The notes under the pieces were generated by a model that was not told where the DNA came from, did not search any database, and saw only the letters and a program-made list of their open reading frames with translations. DNA of 64,000 nt, taken from the NCBI GenBank assembly GCA_024704765.1, contig JAKMXF010000324.1, forward strand, positions 280,675 to 344,674. Reading direction: 5' to 3'. The position numbers and the translations under genes were made by a program. The stretch comes from Oopsacas minuta (Eukaryota > Animalia > Porifera). This document shows, in pieces, positions 47,269 to 59,779 of this stretch. Each line of letters starts with the position of its first letter. Position 1 is the first letter of the stretch.

Positions 47269-47915
47269 CTACATAAGATGACTGTACTTCTTTTCTGCTT
47301 CAAACATTTCGGCTAAGATTAACTGCACTAGCATATCAAAATCTTTATCAGGGACTAGAGATCTTGTAGTAACAGAAAGACCGCAATTCTTGACAGGACA
47401 GGGTTTCTTCGCATCCTCATCCTCACTATCAATCTCTAAGTATTCTAGTATACAGAAATAACAGTAGCGATGTCCACAAGGAGATAGACGTACCTCTCTT
47501 AGCCAATATCTATAAATCATCTTAGTATTATACTATAGCTACTGGTTTATCGGGGTGATTTGAATAGAATAGAACTTCCTTGGCTTTTCTATTAATTGGT
47601 AAAAAAGACATATTTGCAGCTGACAGTATTACAAAGATTGTATCTTCAGTTTTATGCCAAAAAAGCTTATTCTCCGGCCAGTTAATTCCAGATTAATCAA
47701 TCCTGATAAACTATAGAACATACTTACTTGCAAATAGGACATCTAATCTGTTTACTAATATTCTTTACAGGAATATAAATTGGCAGATCAGTGTCTTCCT
47801 GGATTGGAACGAGGTTAGCTTTCAAAATGAGCTCTGCCTTCTCAGGGGGAGGCCCGCTACTCTCCCATCTATCCATACCCGTGTAACACCCTTCATAGAA
47901 CCACCAGGATACCAT
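47269..47915 (-). CDS. C3HC4 RING-finger protein (RING1/RNF2-like core); further exons likely on both sides (about 46650-48740)
   Basis: Spliced IRCPICK|YWLREVRLSPCGHRYCYFCILEY..CPVKNC..RSLVPDKDFDMLV; compare RSLRPDPNFDAL in RING1. Confidence 0.7.
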
Positions 47916-49105
47916 AAAACGAGGTGTGAACTTGATAGAATTTATTTTCTGTGGACTTTTAAAACTTATCTTTATAATCTGTTCCGGTGTATAATCTGTA
48001 TTGCCTACAGCTGGTGTAACGAAGAATTCAGATTCTAAATTTGTTTCGAATAGGAAACTTACTGGTACCTGACTTCTGTTCTAACTTGAGATATACAGTG
48101 TACCTGTTATGTGGTGAGAACTCAAATACATCTGGTGTTACTCTCAGGGCTTTTGCGATTGGTAACGGAGTAACACTAGTGGCAGCACACATGCTAAACT
48201 CTATATTGTTTTAATCTGAAAATCACCGGTAGAGTGTCGTTATGGTGGGAGGAATTATCTCGATACACAATTTTCAGAGAGGAGACTCTGACCTATCTTT
48301 TTAGCAATTTTCATATAAAACTCTTCGAGATATATATAGTCATGCAAAGTGGCTGAGCCATACGGGACCTTGAGATAGAAATACTTGTCACGAAAATAGA
48401 ATTCTTTCAATGAATTGTGTTTTCCTTATATGGAATTGATACCCCCATTGTTTCAAGGTACCTACTATTTGCAATTTGTATACTGTAAAAGATATTTTGG
48501 ACCATGGATAGACTAGCGAATACAAATAGATTGGGGTTTCTACGTTTTTCATAATCGTCCAATTTTAACCCCCAGGCACTCGTACTCGTCAGAATCAAAG
48601 AAAATCTCTCCTCACATAGAGAGATTTGTAAATGCAAAGATAACTTCGCAAGTTCTAAGACTCTTTACGATCATATATACAAATCTTGACAGGTCCCATC
48701 CATATTCACTCGTATACCCATTTTAACATAATCTGTAGCCCCTCCCATAGACTGCAATACAAATTTTGAGATCCAATTGACCCCCTGTTGTCGTCCGAGG
48801 ACCACCAGAGGGGTCCATGAATCGAACCCTCCTATAATATCAACACTATCCACACTACATTAAACATACCTATAATCTAATTAATACAGTATATTACTAT
48901 AACATTAAATAATGAATAGACTAGTGAAGCAAAATAGTTACAAAGTCAGATGTATTATTGAGGATATACGTATATGAATATTGAGTCCTTTAAGGAGCGA
49001 AGGTGTTGCTTCACATAAATACAAGCATTAGATAAAAAATCTCCACACAGCCTAATTACATACACATTCAGTTAAAATGTAATTAGGTTGCTAGTGATTA
49101 CCATT

Positions 49106-51380
49106 TTAAACGGATTTCAATTTAGAGATTAGGTTTGAGACAAGGAGATCTGTTATGCCAGGGGTTGAGACTTCTGCCAGTTGGAATGCTTGGTGTAACT
49201 CGTCGATTTTCGCGGTTGGGAGGTGTTTTTCGCGCGCTTTTTCCGCGAGTCTCTCTGCAATCGGTGTTATAACAGTGTTCAGACGTTTTGACGGTGCGGC
49301 CTGACTGGGTATAATCTCAGGTTTGGAGTTGACTACGACAGGCTCTGGGGATGGCTGTTTCATCTTCATAGGACCAGGGACAATTCTATTCTGTGGTGAC
49401 GTAAGCACGGGTCTGATCTCCTGTTTGGGTAGTGGAGGGGATACGATTTTGGGAGTGGGTTCTATTAATCCGTTAGGATGAGAGAGATGAGATTCTTTAG
49501 CGTTTGTAAGATCAGGAGATAAAGAGGGAGAGTAAACGTTCTTTGAAGATTTACGTTTAGGTTTGACTTCCTTGATTGTGTCGAATACCCAGTTATTCTC
49601 TGGAGCAGCTTGGAAGTCAACCTAGAATCGGTAAAATAAATATTTCCGAGTGTACGTCTTATCACGATTTTCTAATAAGTGAACTCTATTGTACTTTCCA
49701 GGAACTGAACAATGAATATACTAGCACAAACGTGACCTAATTAGGCAATACAGACTGAGTAATTTGTAAATTATTATAACTGGTAACATACTTCCATATT
49801 ATTATCTTCATCACCAGAACTAGAACTATCATGAGCATCTACAGTCTGTTGAGTTTTCCATCTTTTATATTTCTCAATCAGCTCAACAAGACATGAGGTC
49901 TTTCTAGCATTTCTGATGAACCTGTGTCTCATAAGCTCTTTAGCTGATGGCCTGTCTTCTGGATCTTTGTTGAGACAGAGCGAGACGAACTCTTTGAATC
50001 CCTTAGTGAAGTCTCCAGCTAGCTCAGGAGAATTGTTCTTAGGGATAAGGAATAGTACTCGCATGGGGTGGAGATCTGAATGAGGAGGTTCCCCCTAAAT
50101 AATTAACAAATAGGAAATGTAATCTGGTTACTGATTTCCATATAAGGAAAAAAGTAAACTCCAGCTATATCAAAACTCAAGTGACCACGATAATTACTTT
50201 AATATAAGCGGAGTTCGATGCAACCGATGTATAATATATATTACTTGACGGTTTGGGACCATACTTGTACAATTTCATACAGGAGTTAATTGTACGAATT
50301 GTTATGATTTCACACCTTAGCAAGCTCTATTGCAGTAATCCCTAACGACCATATGTCAGCTTTGTAATCATAAGCTGACTGCTTGATTACTTCAGGTGCC
50401 ATCCAGAATGGAGTACCGACAAATGTAGTCTTCTTAGTCAATGTATCAGTCAGCTGTCCAGCTACACCGAAATCAGCTAGCTTAACCTCTCCACTCTCAG
50501 ACAGCAGGACATTAGCAGCCTTAACATCTCTATGTAGCTTCCTCTCATTGTGTAGATACTCCAGACCCCTCAATACCTCACGGAGTATACAGCTGATGTA
50601 TGTCTCATCAAATGCACCTGCTTTCATTAAATCTAATGCTGATCCTCCTCCTAGATACTCCATTATGATCCATAGCTTAGTACCCTGATAATAGGATTAC
50701 GTCATAAATAGTAGTGTTTATTACAAATATTCGCAAAAAGGTAATAGCAATTTTTCCAGTGATTTAGAGTTCATTTTGTGTTGGAAATAATTCCTGGAAT
50801 AGCAAATTCGCGTATTAGCAAGGGAGATTCGTGCGAAATATGACTTACTAATATGCGGATTCCTCTATACGAGTATTTTATATAGCAAATAGTATTTTGC
50901 ATGAATATTCTTTGCTGTACGCGAATTTGCTATTATACGAAATATTTCTATACATATGGACTGTTGATGAAAAAAGTTGACACAAGTATCACCAAGTTCA
51001 ATTACCCCCTATACCAATTGTAACACATTCTGTGGACCCCGGTTGGGAACTGCTGTCCCACAAGCATCTCCTAATAAATACCTAAAATTCCTCACCTTAA
51101 GGTAAGATCCAAAGTACCTCGTAACATGTGGACTATCACACTGGGCTAACACAGTAATCTCTGACTGGATATCCTCTATTTCATCCTCTGCTTCCTCTAG
51201 ATCTATAATCTTTATTGCTACTACCTCTTTAGTGCGGTTACTAATACCTTTGAATACTTTACCAAAACTCCCTTTACCTACTTGCTCTAGTTTAGTGAAT
51301 AGCATTTCCGGGTCAGGTTTAGGGCCCTTAGGATTCTGGGCATGATCTCCGGATAATGGGAGGAAGGATGCCATGTTCAT
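49106..51380 (-). CDS. GCK-III Ste20 kinase (STK24/25/26); 4 exons (51380-51096, 50684-50316, 50094-49792, 49621-49106)
   Basis: [65 protein letters not shown], and the C-terminal CCM3-binding helix. Confidence 0.95.
50798..50934. mobile_element. MITE family G in the kinase intron
   Basis: AATAGCAAATTCGCGTA...TACGCGAATTTGCTATT, a perfect 17-bp inverted repeat. Confidence 0.7.
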
Positions 51381-51737
51381 TAGTGCTAGTCAGTAGTGAA
51401 ATCTCGTAATAATTAAAATATTATTAGTTAGTTGGTTGCTGTTTCAGCTCCACTAAATGAATATTACACTTAACTCCTGTTATATCGAACACGGATATAT
51501 TATGGAAATCGGAAATTGTATAAATATGGTCCCAAACCGTCAAAGTTACACAAAAACCATTGGTTATATCGAATTATCCGGTCCCTTGAGCTTCGATATA
51601 ACAGGAGTTTGACGGTACTATCATTTCATTATTCCAATGATAGTAGACTCTGCAATTAATAGAGGCGTCGGTTAACAGCTGAAAATTACCTATATAGCAA
51701 TAATTGTATCCTGCGTCAGTATGATTGAAGGAATTCT

Positions 51738-51878
51738 GGGGCGTAACTAGCATTGAGGAAGAGGAGGCAGTTGCCTACTCGCTTTTTCTGGCGTGGCCTT
51801 ATCTTCCTAAGTAATCGCCCTTATATTTAGGGAAATATCCATCCTTTCCTCCTACGCAACAGGTCTCTAGTTACGCCC
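51738..51878. mobile_element. MITE family E
   Basis: GGGGCGTAACTAG...CTAGTTACGCCC. Confidence 0.8.
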
Positions 51879-52562
51879 TAGGAATTTGTCAATAATTAAG
51901 TCATAAATAATGCGATAAAGAAATGTAATGGAGCTGAAACAAGTCTGATTAACAGTGGATTAATAGAGATTTGTATACAAGCCTAGCCCATTAAGGCTCT
52001 ATTGTATAGCTGTACATGCCTAAAACAATACACAAGGTGTAGCTACCATAGTAGTGTCTGTCATATTGATAAGATACTTGTTAGGAGGCAGGAAAACCTG
52101 GAAAATAGAGAACAGCTACGAAGTTGTATATGAATTGTAACTGACGAAGTAGAGCAAATTTTTTTGCACCTAAGATAGTGCTGCTGTATTATCAAGAAAA
52201 ATTCATTTATAAACTACGGGGAAAGATAACAATAGTAGTTTGTAAGTGTTAGTACTGTAGTTGTTGGTTATTACAACCTTAACTTGATTTACTGAATCTT
52301 TTGTATTCTACACCATTGAACTTTTGCCCGATATAAGAACATTATGTCCAGTTCCCGACGAATTCTTATAACCGGCATCCACTTTATTATTACGGGTGGG
52401 AGAACCAATTGTTGATGAAGGTACGCATGTACATACGTATAATCGTATCTCTATTGTTGTTAGAAAGCAGTAATATATGTATGAGAATATATATTTCTAA
52501 TATAGAATAGAATAGTGTAGAGAACTCTAAGAGTAGAAGTGACGTAATACGAAAAGAGTCAG

Positions 52563-52795
52563 TTAGAAACATAAAAACAAGAGGAATAAATATAAAGTTA
52601 TATTTATTTCTGTGCTACCGCCCTTCCAAATCGCAGCAAAAGGAGAGCTTGCTAATCCTCCAACGACTGAAACTGCTAAAATAGGAGCATCAAGGACACA
52701 ATTACTACTGCTCCAATAGCGACAAAAACTACTCCAGCACCGACCATAATTACACTAGCTGCTATAATGGCCTGTCTCTCCTGTTCTCTATTCAT
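52563..52795 (-). CDS. Small Gly/Ala-rich hydrophobic peptide, tandem copy 1 (1-nt deficit at about 52699)
   Basis: MNREQERQAIIAASVIMVGAGVVFVAIGAVVI then, in the shifted frame, LDAPILAVSVVGGLASS; paralogous to 53378-53563. Confidence 0.5.
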
Positions 52796-53010
52796 TTCTT
52801 TTTGATATTCAAACTAGTTAATGTTTAAAGTATAGATAAAGGAGGTTAAAGTGTGTATAAAGGAGCTGTTGTTTGTAAGTGTTAGTTTATTGTCAGTGGC
52901 ACGCCAAATTGTTGATGAGGTACCAACACACCTAGAGTTACGCGTGTACATACGTATAATTGTATCTATATTGTTGTTAGAAAGCAGTAATATATGTATG
53001 AGAATATATA

Positions 53011-53301
53011 CAGTAGAACTCGGTTAAGACGTACTCTCGGATAAGACGTACTAAATTATTCTTCCCAAAAGGACAAAATGTATTGAATCGTACTCGGTTA
53101 ATTCATACTCAAAAGTAGTATAATATACTCGTATACGTACAATATATATCCTTTAATAATCGAACCATAACATGATTTTTATCTTATCGTTAGTTATTTG
53201 TATACTAATTTGCACTAGTAAGGAATCGTAATTTATGATGACTCGTTAAGACGTACTTTTTATTGTTTCCCAAGCTAGTACTTCTTATCCGAGTTCTATT
53301 G
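53011..53301. mobile_element. MITE family B, long copy (TIR CAGTAGAACTCGG.TAAGACGTAC)
   Basis: TA-flanked TIRs; absent from the paralogous tandem units. Confidence 0.85.
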
Positions 53302-53377
53302 TAAGAGTAGAAGTGACGTAATGCGAAATAAGTCAGTCAGAAACATAAAAACAAGAGGAATAAATATAAAGTTATAT

Positions 53378-53563
53378 TTATTTAAGTAAATTATTGCCTA
53401 TACCCTTCGTAGTCACAGCTAAAGCAGTGCTTGCTAGTCCTCCAGCAGCTGGAGCTGATAAAACAGGAGCACTTACGATTGCACAGCCAATTGCTACTCC
53501 TCCAGTACCGGCCATAACTGCACCAGCTACTATATTGGCCTTTCTGGTCGCTTCCTCATTCAT
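53378..53563 (-). CDS. Small Gly/Ala-rich hydrophobic peptide (61 aa), tandem copy 2
   Basis: Intact ATG-to-TAA frame, codon-level homology to copy 1, AATAAA overlapping the stop. Confidence 0.6.
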   Translation of the reverse strand: MNEEATRKANIVAGAVMAGTGGVAIGCAIVSAPVLSAPAAGGLASTALAVTTKGIGNNLLK

Positions 53564-53770
53564 TTCTTTTTGATATTGAAACTAGCTAATATTGAATGTA
53601 TGTATAGAGGAGGTTAAAGTATGTATAAAGGAGCTGTTGTTTGTAAGTGGCACGCCCAGTTGTTGATGAGGTACCAATACACCTAGAGAAACGCGTGTAC
53701 ATACGTATAATCGTATCTATATTGTGTTAGAAAGCAGTAATATATGTATGAGAATATATATTTCTAATAT

Positions 53771-53979
53771 NNNNNNNNNNNNNNNNNNNNNNNNNNNNNN
53801 NNNNNNNNNNNNNNNNNNNNNNNNNNNNNNNNNNNNNNNNNNNNNNNNNNNNNNNNNNNNNNNNNNNNNNNNNNNNNNNNNNNNNNNNNNNNNNNNNNNN
53901 NNNNNNNNNNNNNNNNNNNNNNNNNNNNNNNNNNNNNNNNNNNNNNNNNNNNNNNNNNNNNNNNNNNNNNNNNNNNNNN
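53771..53979. other. Assembly gap (209 N) interrupting a third tandem unit
   Basis: Run of N; 53640-53770 repeats the 3' flank of the peptide units. Confidence 0.98.
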
Positions 53980-54529
53980 CACTCTTCTATTTCTATCATC
54001 ATCGTTATCCATGGTTTAATATAATTAATTCTAAGTATAGGAAGAAAAGTCAATTTAGAAATCCTTAATCGTCTCCTATATGCTTATTGGTTATATAACC
54101 ATGGATGGGGATTCAATTTATCTGCTTGGATGTTCTTCTAGTTCGTTTTGAGGCACTCCTCAATTGGGAGGCGGGATTTGTAAATAACAACAAAAATAAA
54201 CAAACTCCATTATCCATCTTAAAATTACTAATAAGCATATGAAGACCAATTTCGTTAATAACTATAATTCAACCATATTTTTCAAATAAAACTGACGTCA
54301 AGTAAAGCCGTGCAAGTAGAAATCAGATAAAAACACCAAAGCGAATCGCCGAAATTAAGAATACAAAAATAGAAAATGTTATGATAGAATAGCTACATAG
54401 AAAATAGAAAAGATAGAAACTACAAAATATTAGTAACAGAATTACCGAAGATTGATATTATCTAGAATAATAAGCGATAAAGTAGTAGATATAAGGGAAA
54501 CCTACCCTAACTGTTAGAAATATTAGAAG

Positions 54530-56635
54530 TTAGAAGAGATCCTTGAAATCTTTAGAATTTTTCTCATTCGCCTGTTTTATAACAGTCACACGAGCGAGAG
54601 GATGTTCCGTCTTCATAAGATAGTTATGTGCATAAGGCATACCATTCTGCTTTTCAGTTGGAGAAGCTCCATCGCCAACCCACACGAAGCAAATGTCGCC
54701 GATATCAATAATGAATACGTCATTAGGGTCAAGCATTGCACGAGTAACTTTCCCGTCAGAAACGTGAGACATTTCGAGTTTACCAGATTGGTCAGAGACT
54801 TTAAATACTTGAGGAGCACATCTTACTAGCTGGCTCTTCCTGCCTTTAGTGTTCTTCTCAGAATCTGTAGCTCCGTCATCGCTGAGAGCTTTCATGAATT
54901 CATGAGTCTTTGTCTAGATTAGAAGATAAGATCTTATCAGGTTAAGGCGTACACTAGGTTAATTGTTTGACCCAATTTGGATGGTAACATATACAAATTC
55001 ACCCCCAACCAAGCGACGAATGTCTCAAAAAATAAGCTAGAACAAAACACAAGCAGATAAATTAATCCATCATCCATGGTTGAACATCTAATAAGCATAT
55101 ACGAGGATAATTTTGAATATATTAAATCAATTAGAACATACCAATTCATGCTCTTCCAGAGTCTCCGTGATTGCTTTAGGACGTCTAGACTTTAGATCTT
55201 GCATATATTGCACTGCTTTATACTTCTCATCCTTGTTACTAGTAGCACCATTATACTGGAACAACTTAAGACCTAGATCAAGGATGAATACGTCAGAACT
55301 GTCAAGTAGAGCTTTCTTCAATGACACCTGTCATAGAGATCAGTATACATAAATACTTAGTAATACAGCCAACACGAATTACGAATTATCAGTAAAAGTT
55401 ACTAGTTTATGAAGATTCTATTGTATACATTTTAGTCAACTCAAAATAAGATAATTTGACATTCTTAGACTCGATAAAGTATATTCAAATTCGCTAAATC
55501 ACAGTAGAGTTCGCGTATAAGCAAGTTGTATCTTACACGAATATGACAACTTACTATTAGAGGAGTTATTTCCAAAACAAAATGACCTCCAAGTCTCATA
55601 AACAATACGAGAGAAGTACTGTTACATGAAAGATAATTATTGCAGAAATAAGCCATATAGAAGTTACGTCATTAATATTTGAGGGGCCATATATTTATCA
55701 GTGGCGTTCACTGTTTACCAATTAGCAATTCGTGAATTAGCAAACAAAATCAAGCAAAATACGAATTGCTAATAGGGAATCTCTGATGTATTTGTAATTA
55801 TACCTGCCACAAGGAATACAGATATGTATAATCGCCCGTTATAACTCGTATAAATCACCTCCTTAATTTCAACATGCTTCTTATCACCATGTAGATGTAG
55901 CAGTCTAGATCTATACTTCTCTGGTTCTACATGTCTAAATCCTGTGTCTACTCCTCCATCCCACATAGTCATGATAGGGAAGTATGTCTTGAAAAGACTG
56001 CTCTCCTCACCTTCTACCTCTCTATGCTGGATAGGCTTATCATCTAATAAAGTATCAAGCTCTACAGTTTTGTAGGCAGCAGTACCGTATTCATCCTGGA
56101 GAGAGATTAGTATAAAGAGACAAACTTAAAACTTGTTTCAGCTCCACATAATGTCCCTCCAAGAATGCGGACAGAAAGCTATAACCTATGGCAACGGTCC
56201 CAACCTTTTTGCACCTGTGGACTCCCTGCTGTCGCCCGTGGACCACTAAGGGATCCCCGATGACCTATGCTCCCAATATTAATATACATTTACTTCATAA
56301 ATGTATAGAACTATACTCTATACAACCTGTGAGGAATGCTTCCCAATCCAGAAGTGTAGATCATACAGCAGAGCATCGCTATCCTCCTCTTTATATGTAT
56401 TCAAGATAATATAGCTGTCTCCGTTGTAGAATGAACCGTAATCGGACTTAGGCCAGTGTACAACCTTGAATTTCTCAATACGCCAGATCTGGACTCCTAC
56501 TCCTTCACCAGCTCCCTTCCATGCAGGCTCTGTCTTAGCAGCTTCCTTCTTGACAGATCTGTCTAGATCTGATCCTATCAATGCTACATTGCTGTCTTTC
56601 CAGTCGTATTCTTTAGCTTTCACGAGTCCTGCCAT
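54530..56635 (-). CDS. Three-domain gelsolin/severin-like actin modulator; 4 exons (56635-56327, 56095-55859, 55327-55142, 54913-54530)
   Basis: MAGLVKAKEYDWKDSN, IWRIEKF, FYNGDSYIIL, LHFWIG, LDSSDVFILD, LDPNDVFIID. Confidence 0.93.
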
Positions 56636-56657
56636 ATAGCTAAGTGATGCTGATATA

Positions 56658-56839
56658 CAGTCAATTACCAGTTATATCGAAGCTCAAGGGACCGCGATAA
56701 ATACCAGATATAAGTGGAGTTCGATATGACAGATGAAAATATGTTACTTTGACAGTTTGGGACCATATTTGTAGAATTCAGACTTCTATACAAGCGGGTA
56801 TTTCCATATATTCGTGTTTGATATAACAGGAGTTGACTG
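56658..56839. mobile_element. MITE family A
   Basis: TA|CAGTCAATTACCAGTTATATCGAA...TTTGATATAACAGGAGTTGACTG|TA. Further copies near 44360, 50155, 51470 and 63230. Confidence 0.85.
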
Positions 56840-57662
56840 TATTACAATTGATGTTGTGGCAATAAGTAAATAGATTTGGATGTAAACAAAGTCATAGAAG
56901 TACACACTAAAGATAGGTATGTTAGAAGAATGGGAGCATTAGAAATGGAATAAACATCAACTTAATGAATATAGATAACATATACGGAACTATAGCAATT
57001 ACACTTCCTTATAAGGACAGATTTTATTCCTCTGCATTGCGACTCATAAGCCATAGAAACGTCATTTTTCAACCTCATATTCATCTAACTAAGGACAATT
57101 CTTGTTAAAGGAGACCGAGTTGTGTACTAAATCAAAAGCTGCCAATTTGCAACAAAACCCACTAATGTTTGAATTAAAGAAAATAAATCATAAATTAAAG
57201 AATCTCCAAAAGAATTTAGTTATTTTGCAATCTGGCAATCTTGTCTATTATGAAACCTTTAGGGCAGTATCAAACGCTGGTTTGGGTAGCCGAGAGGCTG
57301 TTACCGGCTTATCCTGTGTGTGTTACAGAGATGCCAATTGGCTGTCGCGGATTCTCACGACACTAGCTGTAAAGTGTTTTGCTCCTTAAGACCTTAACTG
57401 TGAGACGCCAAGTTGGCATTGCAAAAAGCGTGACAAATAGGAAGGGGTGTCTGATTTACGTACGTTACGTTTGGACGGTCCATAGGCCCTCTAACCAGCT
57501 GTTACACAATATAAATCAAATTGCATATTTCACCAAAATAACTGACAATACAAGTGTCAATTGCATAAGATAATGCAAAAATAGCACAAATGAAAAAGTC
57601 CTAAACTACTAAACTAGTGATGTGAGTAGTGAATAACAGATAATATCTGCAAATAGATATTC

Positions 57663-59017
57663 TCAAATGTGAGTATCTGTAAGTGTTTTATCTTCTCTAT
57701 CGGGATCTGTTGTATTTACTTTCTCCTTTTCAAAAGCTTTCAATTCATCCTCTTGTAATTTGGTGACGTCATGACCTATGTTTTCCTTGTCCTGACTAGT
57801 TTGTAATCCTTTGTTTAGGCTCTGGTCTAATGGAGCTAGTCTGGAGCTACAGAAATCACTGAAATCTGTTTGTACGAATTCAGACCATGTTACCTCTCTT
57901 GAGTATTGTATTTCTTCCTAAACATTGGAAAAGTTATTAGAAATTCAGAAATATAAATATTCGACTGAAAAAACAGCCAGCAAAATTATGCAATTTTGAA
58001 GATCCAGAAATTTATATGTGTGATTCGGTGAAGGCGGTAATAATTATGGTTTCGATTCATTACACTCCTGGAGCATATGAAGTAATAGGTCAACAGATTA
58101 GGATGGAGATGCAGGAAAGGTTTATAGCGAATTTGCAACAAGACATTTCATATCAAAAATTCAGATTATTGGATTAGTTTTCGAGCTACACCCTCTATAT
58201 ATTGTTTTAAGAGCATTTTTCGTCTTACGTCACAGTTTTATTAGGTGAAATGTCGAGATGCAAATGTTCTCCTTAACCATCATTTCTGATCTGCCCGTAC
58301 TAAAATAATTTCTATCACACCCACCTGAATAGGTCTAGCCTCTCCGAAATAAGTCCAGTCCAATGTATGTACCTTAGATCCCATCTCCCTCATCTCAGTA
58401 TTGAACTCTTGATAAGCATCATGTAGACTCTGTAGATAACTGACTGGTATTCCTTTCTCACAATTTCTACCCCTAGTCCTTATCCGCTGTTGACAAACCT
58501 TCGGGTCTGTGTTCAAGAACAAAGTTACATGTGGGATAGGTAACCCCTTAAGTGCACGCCCTCTTATACTCATATAAAAAGCGTACCCCTCGGGGGAGAT
58601 ATTATTATCCGCGAAACCCACATCCGCGAAAACTTTATCGCTGAACACAGATCGATCTAGTAATACTCCTTGCCCCGTTTCTAACATATGTTTAACAGCG
58701 TGTATATACATATGCAGACGTTGTTGAAATATCCATAATTGCAGTTTCAAGGCGTATTTCTTCGGTTCTGCATAGAATTTCCCTAAATACGGGTTTTTAG
58801 AAGTTGGTTCTAAGAAAAGTTTGTATTTGAGGAGAGCAGCGAGTTTCTGTGAAAGTGTAGTCTTCCCTACACCAATGTTACCTTCTATAATTACAAGTTT
58901 CCCTTTAAACGGAAGCTTTTTAGGTGATGCGGGTTGTGATTTCATCCGTTTACATTTATCAGGGGTGAGTTTGTTAGATTCATCGTGTTCTTGACTGTCT
59001 CTGCGTTTACGTAGCAT
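57663..59017 (-). CDS. Deoxynucleoside kinase family protein; 2 exons (59017-58325, 57917-57663)
   Basis: P-loop IEGNIGVGKTT, FLEP..NPYL.KFY, LQLW, LLDRSVFSD, lid RIRTRGRNCE. Confidence 0.88.
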
Positions 59018-59066
59018 TTAATACTTAACTATGTTATTAGGTAATTAGCCCTTCGATGTTTATATA

Positions 59067-59168
59067 CAGTAGAACTCGGATAAGACGTACTCGGCTTAAG
59101 ACGTACACTCGGTTAAGACGTACTAATTTCTGTTTCCCGAGGGGGTACGTCTTATCCGAGTTCTACTG
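59067..59168. mobile_element. MITE family B
   Basis: TA|CAGTAGAACTCGGATAAGACGTAC...GTACGTCTTATCCGAGTTCTACTG|TA, a perfect 24-bp TIR; three internal CTCGGNTAAGACGTA repeats. Confidence 0.9.
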
Positions 59169-59327
59169 TAGTTTGTGTTTAAATACAGTATTATTATCAA
59201 TTTATCTGTAAATACTTATATTAAAGTCAAATTTACTTATTTCAGTTTAATTATAGTATCTTTGGAGGAAAATCTTTAGTTTCACAGAAACCAAGGACTT
59301 GCCCATGGGCAGCGGCGGTCCCAGGAT

Positions 59328-59431
59328 TTTGAATAGCCGGGTGCAAAATCTTATTATATTTTGGACAGTGTTAGTCTGAGGATCTAGCAAACTGGGGCAA
59401 ATGCCCCGTTGCACCCCTGGAACTGCCACTG
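59328..59431. mobile_element. GC-rich MITE (PIF/Harbinger-like ends)
   Basis: GGGCAGCGGC...GCCACTGCCC inverted ends around a GC-rich core. Confidence 0.55.
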
Positions 59432-59779
59432 CCCAAGAGGCAATATCGATCCATGGCCTCGCCCGAGCCTCGTCCAGTGCCCTTTCACATATTTGCCTCA
59501 GTCCCCAAGTTTGAAAATCCTGGCCAGGGTATGTCAGTTCCTGAGATCGCCCCAGGCCCTAATCAATTGTAAAAGGTATACAGAGAGATAACTTGGGTTT
59601 TCTATTTTAACATGGAGCCACACATAACTGATCAATGACGTATTACCAGAAAGGGTCATTTGTGACAAATAACCAGGTCCTATTGAATACATAAGATATA
59701 CAAAATATCTCATTACTAAACTAACATAATTACCTAATACAAATAACAACTAAAGCATAACACTCCTACACTGTTGTAA

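Noticed and set aside
48671-48853. CBM48-like ORF (VDIIGGFDSW)
   Set aside because: That segment overlaps a degenerate hAT-like MITE homologous to about 7597-7640.
53724-54068. Three ORFs spanning the N run
   Set aside because: Artefacts of translating the gap.
57102-57573. ORFs 57102-57389 and 57379-57573
   Set aside because: Non-ATG starts, no recognisable motif or splice support; probably intergenic or old repeat DNA.
59067-59168. CRISPR-like array (CTCGGNTAAGACGTA repeated)
   Set aside because: Only 2-3 abutting repeats without unique spacers, lying inside TA-flanked TIRs; these are transposon subterminal repeats.
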